Origin: Lama guanicoe
Lineage: Eukaryota
NCBI GenBank assembly: GCA_013239625.1
Contig: MU053561.1
Span: 4,943,214 to 5,007,213 of the forward strand
Direction of reading: 5' to 3'
DNA: 64,000 bases
The position numbers and the translations under genes are program-made. Positions 24,369-34,557 of this stretch are shown in pieces. The notes below the pieces were generated by a model, which did not search any database, had not been told where the DNA came from, and saw only the letters and a list, made by a program, of their open reading frames with translations. Positions within the stretch are counted from its first letter, which is position 1. The number at the start of each line of letters is the position of its first letter.

Positions 24369-25529
24369 ATTTCTCAGAATGAAACAAAATATGTTCCCAA
24401 CAAGCTTAGCTGCTGTCCCTACCAGAAGCCTAAACAAACAAAATGTATGGGCTGTCTACGCACCCCTGGGGCAAACCTTCCTAGTACCAGGGCGCCAGAC
24501 CCGGTCCTAGGGTGGCAGATAGCTGCTGCATACCCTGAACAGATTGTCCCCACGGGCTGCGGGGTGCCTCCCTCTCTAACTTTACAGGTGTTCTCATCTG
24601 AGGTCATTCTCCACCTTCCCTTCATCCTCTTTTCTTTGTTCTCCGCCCTTCTAGCTCCACCTGCATTTTGCTAATCTGGGAGGCCTGAGAGCCAAAATCC
24701 AATCTCTGACAGCTCCATCCTGGGCCCGCCCTTCTCCCACAGCTAGCGGAGCGGATGGGAGGGAGAGACGCAAGGAGACCGAGTGTGCAGGGGTGAGAAG
24801 GAGCCGGGAAAGTAGAAAGGGCGGGAGGCTGGCGGGGGGTGGGGTGGTGGTGACGGGGGCTACTTTTTGGTCCCCATTAGCAGTGCTAATTGCACAGTAA
24901 TGACTCTGTGTTATCTTCAGAAATCTATCCTGGAAAACACTCAGCTGTCCCAGCAGACACGTACTTGCTTCACAGAGTTGGCTTGACACTTGGAAAAATG
25001 AGCAATTTCTTCTCATGAAGAAACTTTTCATGCCCCAAACCCTGGTGTTCACAGAGGAGTTTGGAGCTGGTTCTCCCAGGCTCCTGAAGCTTCATCAGTC
25101 TCCCTGAGGGCAGGGATTGGGGCTTCCTCGGCTGGTCTCTTAAGTGGCTGAAATAAACCTGGGCTCTTCGTAAAATTCCAGCCAAGTGAGACTGAGCTTC
25201 CCAGTGGTGAATGTGGGAATGCGTGAGGGCTGATGGTCCTCTCTCCCACCTTGTCCCTCACCTGGGCTCCAGCCAAGAAAATCTGCTCACTCCCCCTTCA
25301 CGTGGAATGCTTGTTTTTGCCTGAAAGCCTTGTCACGCTGTTCCTGCAGCTTGGAATAGATGTGTTCCCCCAATTCCTTCCAGTCTCACCTGCCTAAGAA
25401 ACTCAAAACTTGACTCCTCCAGGAAGCCTTGCCTAAATTGTCCCATTTAATGTTACTCTGTGATTCTCCCAGCACTCACACTCACTCTGCACTGTATTAG
25501 TTTCACATGTCTACCCCTCTTCAAAGCAA

Positions 25530-27050
25530 TAGTCACTCACCGAATGTGGATTAGGTGTGAGGCACTGAGGAAGTCAAGATGAATGAGATAAAGACCCCAG
25601 CTCATGGGGCTCACAATCTAGTAACAAGTCAATGATGTGCTGTTGCTGAACTCTGTGAAAAGTGAGCATTGGGATGACGGGAAAGGGGACATCTGAGACA
25701 GCTTTAGAAGTCAGGGAGGGGCTGTTCTGAGTTCTTAGTGTATATCAACTCATTTAAACCTCTCTCCGTAAACTGATGAGAGAGGGACTGCTATTATCGC
25801 CACCATTTTAGGGACAAGAAAACTGAAGCACAGAATGGTTTAGTAACTTGCCCAAGGTCACACAGCTACTACAAGGCAGATCTAAGATTTGAACCCAGAC
25901 AACCTGCCTCCAAAGCCCACAGTCTTAACCTCAGTGCCTCACAAAGTCCTGCAGGAACCAGCTGGGTGATGAGGAAAAGAGGAAACGTGTCCAAAGCAAA
26001 GGGACAAGCAATTGCAAAGTTTCAGAATATAGAGAGGGACAAGTAGAGGAGAAAGGACCTGCAGGAACCATCAGTAACAGCATGGAAGTTGGGTGGGGTG
26101 TGAGGATGAGAGACAGGAATTCTCACTCTGTGACCACAGCACAGGCAGCCTACAGGGATGCCTGGAGTGTCTGGAGAAGAGGCTACATGGGCGGAAGAAG
26201 GCCAGGTCTGACGGGCCTTGTACGCCATGCTACAGAGTGTCAGCCTCATCCTGAAGGTCCCAGGAAGTCTCTAAGGGTTTTAAGCGCGAGGGTGTCATAA
26301 TCATAGTAGCCCTTAAGGTGACCACTGTGATCCAGAAGAGGGATGTTGAATGCCTGAGCTAGGGCAGTGACAGTGGTGAGGAGGACAGGGGTCAGTCATT
26401 TTAAAGATAAAAACAAGAGGATTCAGTGATAGACTGAATGTGGGTGGAGAAGGGAAAGGGAAGAATCAACAAGGAGATTTGGAATTTAGTTTGGTTTAGT
26501 TATGTCCTGCTTTTAGGCCGTAGAGCAGGTTTGGGAAGGAAAATATGAATTCTGTCTTGGACATGTTCGCTTCAGGAGGTCTGGGGTAAAAATACTCAGA
26601 AGAGGAATTCAGAAATGCATGTGTAGAACCAACAGGTGAGAGAGGAGTCAGAGATACGGAATTGGGAATCCTTAGGGTCTGGGCTCTGGAGTGAGACTGC
26701 CTAGGTTCAAATTCTGGCTCTATCACTTGATACCTATGAACTGCAGATGACAATAATAGGGTTGTTGTAAGAATTAAATGATATAATCCATATGAAGCAA
26801 GAAACACAGATCCTGAAACAGGATAAGTTTTGGTAAGTGTTTAGTACTACTCCTATTAGTGTTATTTAGTATTTGATGAAGCACTCACAGTGGATGAGAT
26901 CACTCAGAGAGAGTGTGCAGGGACAGAATAAAGAAGGGATGAGAGCTGAGCCCTGGAGAAAATGGAAGGGTTGGGAGGAGGTAGAGGAGAGAGTGAGAGA
27001 ATCAGGGAAAGAAGGGAAATCCAGAGAGAGTCATATCACAGAAGAGAATT
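25530..27050 (-). mobile_element. L2 fragments interrupted by MIRs (~25735-25940 minus, ~26675-26850 plus)
   Basis: Purine-rich antisense L2 text (GAATTCTGTCTTGGACATGTT, GGATGAGATCACTCAGAGAGAG) and MIR core motifs (GTAACTTGCCCAAGGTCACACAGCT; GACTGCCTAGGTTCAAATTCTGGCTCT). Confidence 0.65.
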
Positions 27051-30000
27051 TCACAGTTGATGTGGACATGGGCACCTCTGCAGCAAAGAACTCATTTTAA
27101 ACCAGTCTCACATGTGGTCTCTCTCCACAACCAATCATGCGCACTCCCCCAGGACAGAGCCCATGTGCTCAGGGCCCTGCACACTGTGTGTGAATTGAGA
27201 CCGATGCTTATGGAAAATAACACAGAACTATGTCTCATGTGCCCAGTACAGAACTGAGTCTTAGTAGGACCTCAGTAAATGCTGAATGAATGAATGAATG
27301 ATGTGAAAAGACAGGTTCAAGTTCTGGCTCTGCCACTCGCTAGCTGTGATCCCAGGTTAGTTCCTTTTAGCCTCTTTTGAGTCCTTACTAGGGAAATGAA
27401 GATAATAATACCCACTTTCTAGGGCTCTTGTGAGTATGAAATGAGACAACATATGTGAGTGCTGTGTGAGCTGTACTGTTTACAAATGTACAGGAGCAGG
27501 AAGGAAGGTGGGGTCTGCGTCAGTAAGACCATTTACTGTACCTCTATCAAAAAGCAGACATGTAGATATGGCTTGAAGGCTAGGATGGAAAAGGTTTTTT
27601 TTTTTTTTCCTACTGAGTGGATGGAGGCTAAAATTTAGGGAACAGATTTGTTCCCTCACGGGCTCCAGTCCCTCAGTTGTACGGGGGGGCTATAGGCCCT
27701 TGACCCCAAGCATACTCTGTTGATTCTTCCTGGTTGGGTTTCGTTGAAATCAAGGATTAAGACTTCCTAGTTTTGACAGGGCCTTTTTGGATATGTCATT
27801 TTAATTAGTCTTGGCATTTTATCTGGTTTCTTTTCATTAGTGGAACAGCCAGAGTCCTGGGATTACAAACTCTTTCCAGGCTCCTTGGAGAAAACTTCAG
27901 TCTTTGGGGTCCTGGTCTTACAAGAATCTTGGCTTGGCCCTTTCCTGGAAGCTGTGTTATGACCTCAGGACACAACCCAGCTGCAGCAGGGACTCCCCAA
28001 GCTGCCCTCTAAGAAGTGCTACCTCTGTCAAGAGTGAAGCAGCCAAGCATGTCTTGAGCCATGAAGCTGTCTGGCTCCAGCCCTGTGTTTCATCAATGAC
28101 ACTGTCTTTCCTCTACACCAGCATCTGAGTCCAAGGGGTAATTGGATGGCTAAGGTCAGAGGGCCAAGACCTTTGCAAAGAGACAAAGGAGTGAATCTTT
28201 CACTGCTCTGCAATTTCTTTCCAAATATTTCTTATTTATTATGAAGTCAATTAAAAATATTATAACTTTTTTGTAAAAGAAAAAAATTATTCATACCCTC
28301 CCCATCCTTCCTGGTAGAAAGAAGGGACACGCACCAGGGATCGGAATGTGTAGATTCCAGTTATCTGCTGCCTCCTAGCTTGTGTGACCAGGGACCAGTC
28401 ACTTAATTCCCTCACTTGCCAAATGGGCTACTAGCTTCTACCCATTCTGTCTCTTAGAGTTATTATAAGATTAAATGAGATAATTTCACTCTTGGCAATC
28501 TGCAGCCTATGGATTAACTGCTGGACAGTGTGTCTGCGGGCCTTCCCTCTACGATCTGAGAGCAAGAAGGAAGGGATAGGAACTGTTACTTGTTTGAACA
28601 CCTGCCATGAATCAGTCACAGTATAGTAGACATTTAACTGAATACATATAATCTTTGTATACTATAAAGCAGGACTTTTATGTCTCATTTTACAGATGAG
28701 GAAGTTGAGGTTCAGAGAGCTACAGTACAGTGCTGAAAGTGATACTGTTGCTAAATGACAGAACCGGGATTTGCACACAGGTTTGTCTGACTCCAAAATC
28801 TATGTTTTTCTTCTACACAAGGTGAATGTGAAGAGAAGCACGCTTGGCTTCCTTCCTAGACTCTCCCCTCTAATATCAGTCTCACTTCTCAAGTAATACA
28901 GGAAAGCCCTGAACCCACCATGGTTAGGTCCAGGTCTAAAAATGTTTTAGGGATGATGTTGCCTTCTGCCTTTGAACCTGTATCTGCTTTCCTGGTTCCC
29001 AGCCTGCTTTAGCCCACAAAGCCAAGCTGGAAGCAGCAAAACCTATCCAGTCTTTCCAAGTCTGATCTGGAATGCTGTGTGCTTGAGCAGAAAGCACAGA
29101 ACAGAGATGCAGCCTCTGAAATGGGGAAGGAATGAGAAAGAGGCAAATACACCCTCAGCTCAGGAGGTTTGCATTGTCAAGGACCTTCCCTAGAACAAAA
29201 GCAAGACTGGACTCTCAAAAACACTGGGCATTGACTCAGGGCTCTGCAAAGTCTTCTGTATCTTTCAGGCAAAGAGGAATTCCCGGAAACTCATATAATG
29301 GCTTGAAAGGACATGGTTTGCAGAAGTACCCCAGCTTTGGTTAGAGTTGCTATATTGGTGTGGGGGGTGGGGGGGACACAAGGTGACATCTGCTGGAAAT
29401 ACTGATAAAGCTGTTCTGGCTGAAATCCCACGGAGATTCCATAGAAGAGTTTGTTCCAAATAATGGTATAAAGTTACTCCCACTCCCCAATTCAGGAACA
29501 TCAACTTAATTCTCCACCAGCAGTAGAACAGGTTCAACTGACATCTGTTTTCCTAGAGTAAATTTAAAACTTTTGCAGAAAGTGGCCAGATGCCTCAGTA
29601 AGTAGGAGATGGGAGAGGTGGGCACAGGAGATCAGTGGTCCTCAAGGTTGAGTCAGAGCCCTCTTGACTCCAATCTGCTTGGGAAAGCAATGGGTCTGCT
29701 TGTATCTATTTCTCTGTATCTCTCCCTGTGTGTCAGACAATCCAGCTATGAACGTCAGATTACTCCCTTTACCTCTCTGCTGGGGGTTTGGAGGGGAGGA
29801 GGGAATGGGGAAAGGGCTCCCTATTTAGAAATTGCATTGAGATGGAAAGACAATATGACACATCGGCTCATGTCAAAAGAGCTCATCCTTTCCGCCTACA
29901 GCATTAGCAATTTCCTACTGAGGTTTAATTTTTTTTTAGAAATTATTATTTTGTTTTAATTTATTTTATTTGTAGCATAACTCAACAGGACATTGCTGCT

Positions 30001-31019
30001 CAGAGCAGGGTGGGAAACTGTCCAAGGGTAGTCAGGTCACTGCCTAAGAGACTTGGGGTGGGCGACAAAGGAAGTGTACTTGGGCTATTACTGAGAAGAG
30101 GAGGCCATAGGAGTGGGAGGTTGGTTTTTGCCTCAAACCTCCTTTCATCTGCCTCTTGCCCCACCTCCAGATCCTCTTCCTGCTTCTTAGCAGTCTGGCC
30201 TGGGGGGCCCAGACCGAGGATAGTCTATCCATGGCTGTACAGGAGATGAGAGTAATGAGGGAGGGGAAGCCTAAAGTAAGTCTGGACATCTGTGACACAC
30301 CCTCTTCTTCAGAGCCAGAAAAAAACTGCTCTTCTCCCTTTCCCTGCTCAGTTTCTCCTTTCCCCTCCTGTAAAATCCTAGTTTTGTTGCTGGAAGGAGC
30401 CTGGAAGGGTTCCTCATCCCATTTCACTGTTCTGCAGATAAGGAAACCAACACCCTGACAGGGGACACGACTGCTCCAGGGCTGGTCTGGTGCGCCAGTC
30501 CTGGAACCCAGCCTCCTGGGGGCACTGCCCAGTGCCCTTGTCTCCCTATGCCACACTGGCTGCCTCTGTTCCTCCTTCTCATCCCCACCCCTATACCAAA
30601 CCTCAAAATGGTCTTCCTCTGAGAGACAGTGTTGAAGGACCACAATATCACTTCTTCCCTCTCCTTCCCTCCCAGGGTCTGAGTAGGATCCTCGGAGTCT
30701 GAATTTGGTCTCTTCATATGGGTAGAAACACAGATGTGTTTTGGGAGTGGGCTTGTAGGGCCAAAGGGTTCTGGAGAGGAAAGGGTCCCATCTTTACAAG
30801 AGGATTTATTTTTTTCTGCTTTGTGGCTGGTTACGTGACCACAGGTATCAGCAATTAATTGTTGGGGAGAGGGCCAGAAGATGACAATTAGGGTATGACT
30901 CTTTTCTTACTGTAAGAAAAAACTACATTTCTCTTTTATTTCTCTTTCTGAATGAGTGCCTGCATGTGTGGTCCTTTATACGGGTGTCAGTTCTGTGTCT
31001 CTGTTCTCTGTATCTCTTT

Positions 31020-31134
31020 GGGGGGGTAATTAGGTTTATTTATTTGTTTATTTTTTAAAGAAGTACTGAGGATTGAACCCAAGACCCTGTGCATGCTGAG
31101 CACATGCTCTACCACTGAGCTATACCTCCCCACC
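31020..31134 (-). mobile_element. tRNA-derived SINE (camelid vic-1-like)
   Basis: GGGGGGTAATTAGGTTTATTTATTT...GGATTGAACCC...CTCTACCACTGAGCTATACCTCCCCACC is the reverse complement of the family. Confidence 0.88.
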
Positions 31135-32126
31135 TTTGTGTCTCTCTTTGTATTTCCTATATCTGTCTCTCTATATGTCTCTCTTGTCCTCTGCCTCTCC
31201 ATGTGTCTCCTGTCTTCCTCTTATCTCTATCTCTGCCTCTCTCTTCTATCTCTCACACACACTCCCTTTACGCATTCCAAATTCAATAGTTATCAACTGA
31301 CCCGGGAGTTCCATCCCCTTCCCGCAGCCCTGTCAGAGCAGAACCTTTTTCTCCCTGTTTGGTTGAGAAATACCAGGTCCGGGGTGCCAGAGACGCTGCA
31401 GAACCGCCTGCCGAGTGTGGAGGCTGAATCCGGGAACAATGAGAAATTATCTGTTAATTCTCGGTTCCTGCCACCTGCTCTGCTCCGAACAGGCTCCTTT
31501 GCCTTCAGTTAGGATGGAAATTCCCCCACTCGTTGTAAAGTAAAATATTGATTTCCCTGCATCACAGGCCTGGGCCCTTGGAATGGACCTTTTTCATTCT
31601 CTGCAAAGGCAAAACAAGGCGCTTTGTTCTGCAAATTTCCTCGGGAACTCGAGAGGAGGAGGGACAAATTGCTGCGGAGTGACAGAGTTGCCATAAACAT
31701 GGGCAGAGAGCAGTTCTTCTCCACTTGTTATTTTACATAAACACAAACCTACCCCCTCAGAAACGGCTAATGCGTGTGACAAGGGGCCTCTGAGCGCCAA
31801 TCTCTCCCAGGTACTGAGCTCTGCATCCAGTGGTAGAGGGAAAAGTGATGGCTCCTCGGGTGTGTTCTAAAATCACTAGCAGGAGAACGGGGACTCCACA
31901 GACTCACTTGTTCTAGGAACCACAACCGAGTACCTCCCACAGGACGGCGGCCTGGATTGCATTGCGTGGCCGGGACCATGCCTGCTCCATCTTCCCGCCT
32001 GAGTTCCTAGCCCTTCCCTATTGCAAGCTCCTGAAGTCAGGGTGGAAGCTTCGAACCTGCCGCAATTGCCTACCCCACCCCCCTTCCCTAACAAGGTGCC
32101 CACGCAAGTGTCGCACCAAATGGGAT

Positions 32127-32147
32127 TTCAGCACCGTGGACAGAGGT
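32127..32147 (+). promoter_or_regulatory. RE1/NRSE (REST-binding) element
   Basis: TTCAGCACCGTGGACAGAGGT versus consensus TTCAGCACCnnGGACAGCGCC; both core half-sites are perfect with canonical 2-nt spacing. Confidence 0.8.
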
Positions 32148-32856
32148 AGGAAGCGCCCGAGGAGAGAAAAAAACAGCATAGTTAGGCCAGGGCCCTCTTA
32201 GGCCTCGGCTTGACCCTCCGTACCGGGGGCACTCTGTGCCCGGGGCTGTCAAGGGGGGGCTAGCGCGCCTGGCGCAGATGGTGCACGATGGAGACCGCCA
32301 GGAGCTAAGGCTCCGAATCTCCTCCCTTCGGAACGTGAGTCACCACCCGAGCCACTTCCAATTAGCGTGTTAATTAGGAGGAAAGACCCTCCTCCTCCAC
32401 CCGCCACCCTGATACACACAAACCTCGCGGCTTCCAGAGGCTCCAGATAAAGTTTCCTTCCCAGTTTCGGGAAGGCAAAGGGACTTGAGTCTGGAGTTTT
32501 GGATGAACCCCACACAGGAAGGAGTCCACCTGCCGCCCAGCCGAGGACGTACGACTTCTGTGACAGGGACCCTACAGGGTCGCGATCCGATAGCTATCCA
32601 CAGACCTCCAGAACTGAGTGAGGCGCCCTCAATCAATCTGCTCCAGGACTGCATGCCACAATTCCTGGAGGGGAATTCTGCCCTGTCTAGCCTCAATCCT
32701 CCCGCTTAGTTCTTCCTTTCTGGCCCTTGCTACACTTAATAGCAACATACATTATCTCCGGTGGTGTTGCACCGATGCGGTGAGATGGGTCTGGCGGGAA
32801 CTGAGCGCCCTCTTGAAACGCCCCCCGTTCCTATTCGCCAGAAACTTTCCCCTCCC

Positions 32857-32902
32857 GTTGCCATGGAGAGAGACGGCCGCTGCCTCCCGTCGCCATAGTA
32901 AC
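32857..32902. promoter_or_regulatory. Pair of RFX X-box motifs
   Basis: GTTGCCATGGAGAG (32857-32870) and GTCGCCATAGTAAC (32889-32902); the second is a full match to GTNRCC-N(0-3)-RGYAAC. Confidence 0.65.
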
Positions 32903-33119
32903 GTGCGGGTACCACGGACCGCAAGATTGCGGGGCTCAAAGTCTTTTTGCAGTTCGCATCGCCCCGCAGTCTTAGGGTCTTTTGCCTTCGAAGCTGGAAC
33001 CTGGGGCAAGCCTGACTAACTTCTCGCATCAGGAACCTTGGTCAAGGTCCTCCCACCCTCAGTGGGGTCATCCTTCTTTTTGAAATACGTTTATCTATTT
33101 CATTGCCGCTTGTGTGGAA

Positions 33120-33300
33120 TGTGGCAATTTACTCAGTGTTTTCACAAACACTGTCTTTACATCCCTAGGCAGCCCGTGAAGCACTCGTAATCATCACACC
33201 CCTTTTACAGAGAGGAAAAATCGAGGCTCAGAGAGGCCCAAGGTCACATCAGGCACTGAATGCGGAGCCACATCCCAGACTCTTGCCTGAGTCTTGCACC
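33120..33300 (-). mobile_element. MIR remnant inside the promoter CpG island
   Basis: CCCTTTTACAGAGAGGAAAAATCGAGGCTCAGAGAGGCCCAAGGTCACA is the MIR core, antisense. Confidence 0.7.
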
Positions 33301-33409
33301 CTCCAGGATGCGGGACAACCCGGCTCCCTCGCCTTGAACCTCCTGGACTCAGACCGGTCGCTGAGTGTAGAGGGGGCGGCCGTAAGGCGCTAGACTTGCC
33401 AGCTGCCGC

Positions 33410-33575
33410 GGGATGCCACGTGAGGGGCGGAGACCCTGCGGGGAAGTGATTAAAAACCGAACGGAGCCGAAGGGGAACGCTGCGGGGAGGGTCTTCTTGG
33501 GGCCGCCTTGCCCCGCCCTAGTCCGGCTGCGGCACGGGTTCGGGCGGCTGCTTGGAGGGCCAAGGTGTCCGGGGC
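33410..33575 (+). promoter_or_regulatory. Core promoter / 5' UTR of SYT6 exon 1
   Basis: E-box CACGTG 33417-33422, GC box GGGGCGGAG ~33424-33432, ETS-like GGAAGTG 33442-33448, TATA-like ATTAAAAA 33449-33456, second GC box CCCCGCCC ~33511-33518, all directly upstream of the ATG. Confidence 0.6.
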
Positions 33576-33738
33576 ATGAGCGGGGTGTGGGGGACCGGGG
33601 AGCCTCGGTGCCAGGCGGCGCTCGCGGTCCTGGCCTCGTTGTGCCGGGCCCGGCCGCCCCCTCTCGGGCTGGACGTGGAGACTTGTCGGAGCTTCGAGCT
33701 AGAGCCCCCAGAGAGGAGTCCGAGCGCAGCCCACGCAG
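33576..33738 (+). CDS. SYT6: Synaptotagmin-6 coding exon 1 (luminal N-terminus with Cys12/Cys23/Cys37 motif)
   Basis: ATG at 33576 gives [54 protein letters not shown], recognisably the SYT6 N-terminus. Ends at CAG|GTAACA donor; 163 nt, phase 1; lies in a CpG island. Confidence 0.95.
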
Positions 33739-33882
33739 GTAACAGGAAAGCCGAGGCCCTTTTCCTTCCTGGATTCTCGCCCTCGCTATCCCCGTTCCCC
33801 AAAGCCCTGGCCGCGGAACCCCGGAACCTAGATGGAGAACTCCAGCTCAAGATTCTGAATTCGGAACCTGCCTCGGCCAGTG

Positions 33883-34070
33883 CCCTGGCCCATCGCCCGC
33901 AGGGCAAGCAGAGAGATGCGAAGGGACCCCGGAGGGAGAGAATGCCCCTGCCCCCTCCCGTGTGACTCTGCGGGGTCCCCGCAGAAATCTGGGCTCCCGG
34001 GACGCGGCGCTCCTCAGGGCCTCAGTTTCCCTCGCGTCTCTCTGCTCGCCCTGCGGGCGATCTGCCAGGG
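33883..34070. repeat. Nested inverted repeat (quasi-palindrome)
   Basis: Arm 33883-33926 is the reverse complement of 34028-34070 (39/43 matches plus a 1-nt bulge). A perfect 9-bp-arm palindrome TCTGCGGGG-T-CCCCGCAGA (33967-33985) shares the same centre. Confidence 0.9.
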
Positions 34071-34359
34071 GAGGGGTCTGTGGGACGATCAGGGACATCT
34101 CAGCTGAAGAAGTAACTCGTCTCTTCGGGGGTGTAGAGATCCATGGGGCCGTCTGTCGATCTGTCCGTTTATCTGTTCTCTCGGGGAACGCGATCCCAGC
34201 CCCCGGGGTCTCTCAGGGAGAAACTTGGGTCTGCGGCTGGCACGGCTGGCACGAGGTCTTTGTGTCCGGGAGTCTCCGACTGCGAGTGGCTTTCTGCGTC
34301 TCCACTGGGGGGCGGGGGGCGGGGTGGGGGAGGGTGTCGCGGCATCCTCTCCCCCCACC

Positions 34360-34557
34360 CCCCGCCCCTATAACTCGCTCCCTCGGTCTCTGACTCACTC
34401 GGACTCGGGGCCAGTTCGCAACTGAGCCGGTGCCTCTCGCCGACTTTGCCAAGAGGGCGCCTCCTGCCCGATCCGCGCGGACCCTGCGCCGGACGCAGCC
34501 CCAGGCGGCCGCCGAGCCCAGGCGGGAGCCCAAGCCGAGTCGAGCTCGCCGGAGCCG
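34360..34557 (+). promoter_or_regulatory. SYT6: Putative alternative promoter and non-coding first exon (exon 1b) of SYT6
   Basis: GC box CCCCGCCCC 34360-34368 abuts TATAAC 34369-34374. TGACTCA/Inr-like TCACTC lies ~28 nt downstream, followed by ~160 ATG-free nt ending in a consensus donor CCG|GTGAGT at 34557/34558. Confidence 0.65.

Noticed and set aside
30044..30643. 199-aa minus-strand ORF (and 191-aa ORF at 59927-60502)
   Set aside because: No domain similarity, no splice or codon-bias support, non-ATG starts; consistent with random ORFs.
33552..33965. 137-aa ORF extending exon 1
   Set aside because: Near-cognate upstream start and read-through past the GTAACA donor; only 33576-33738 matches SYT6.
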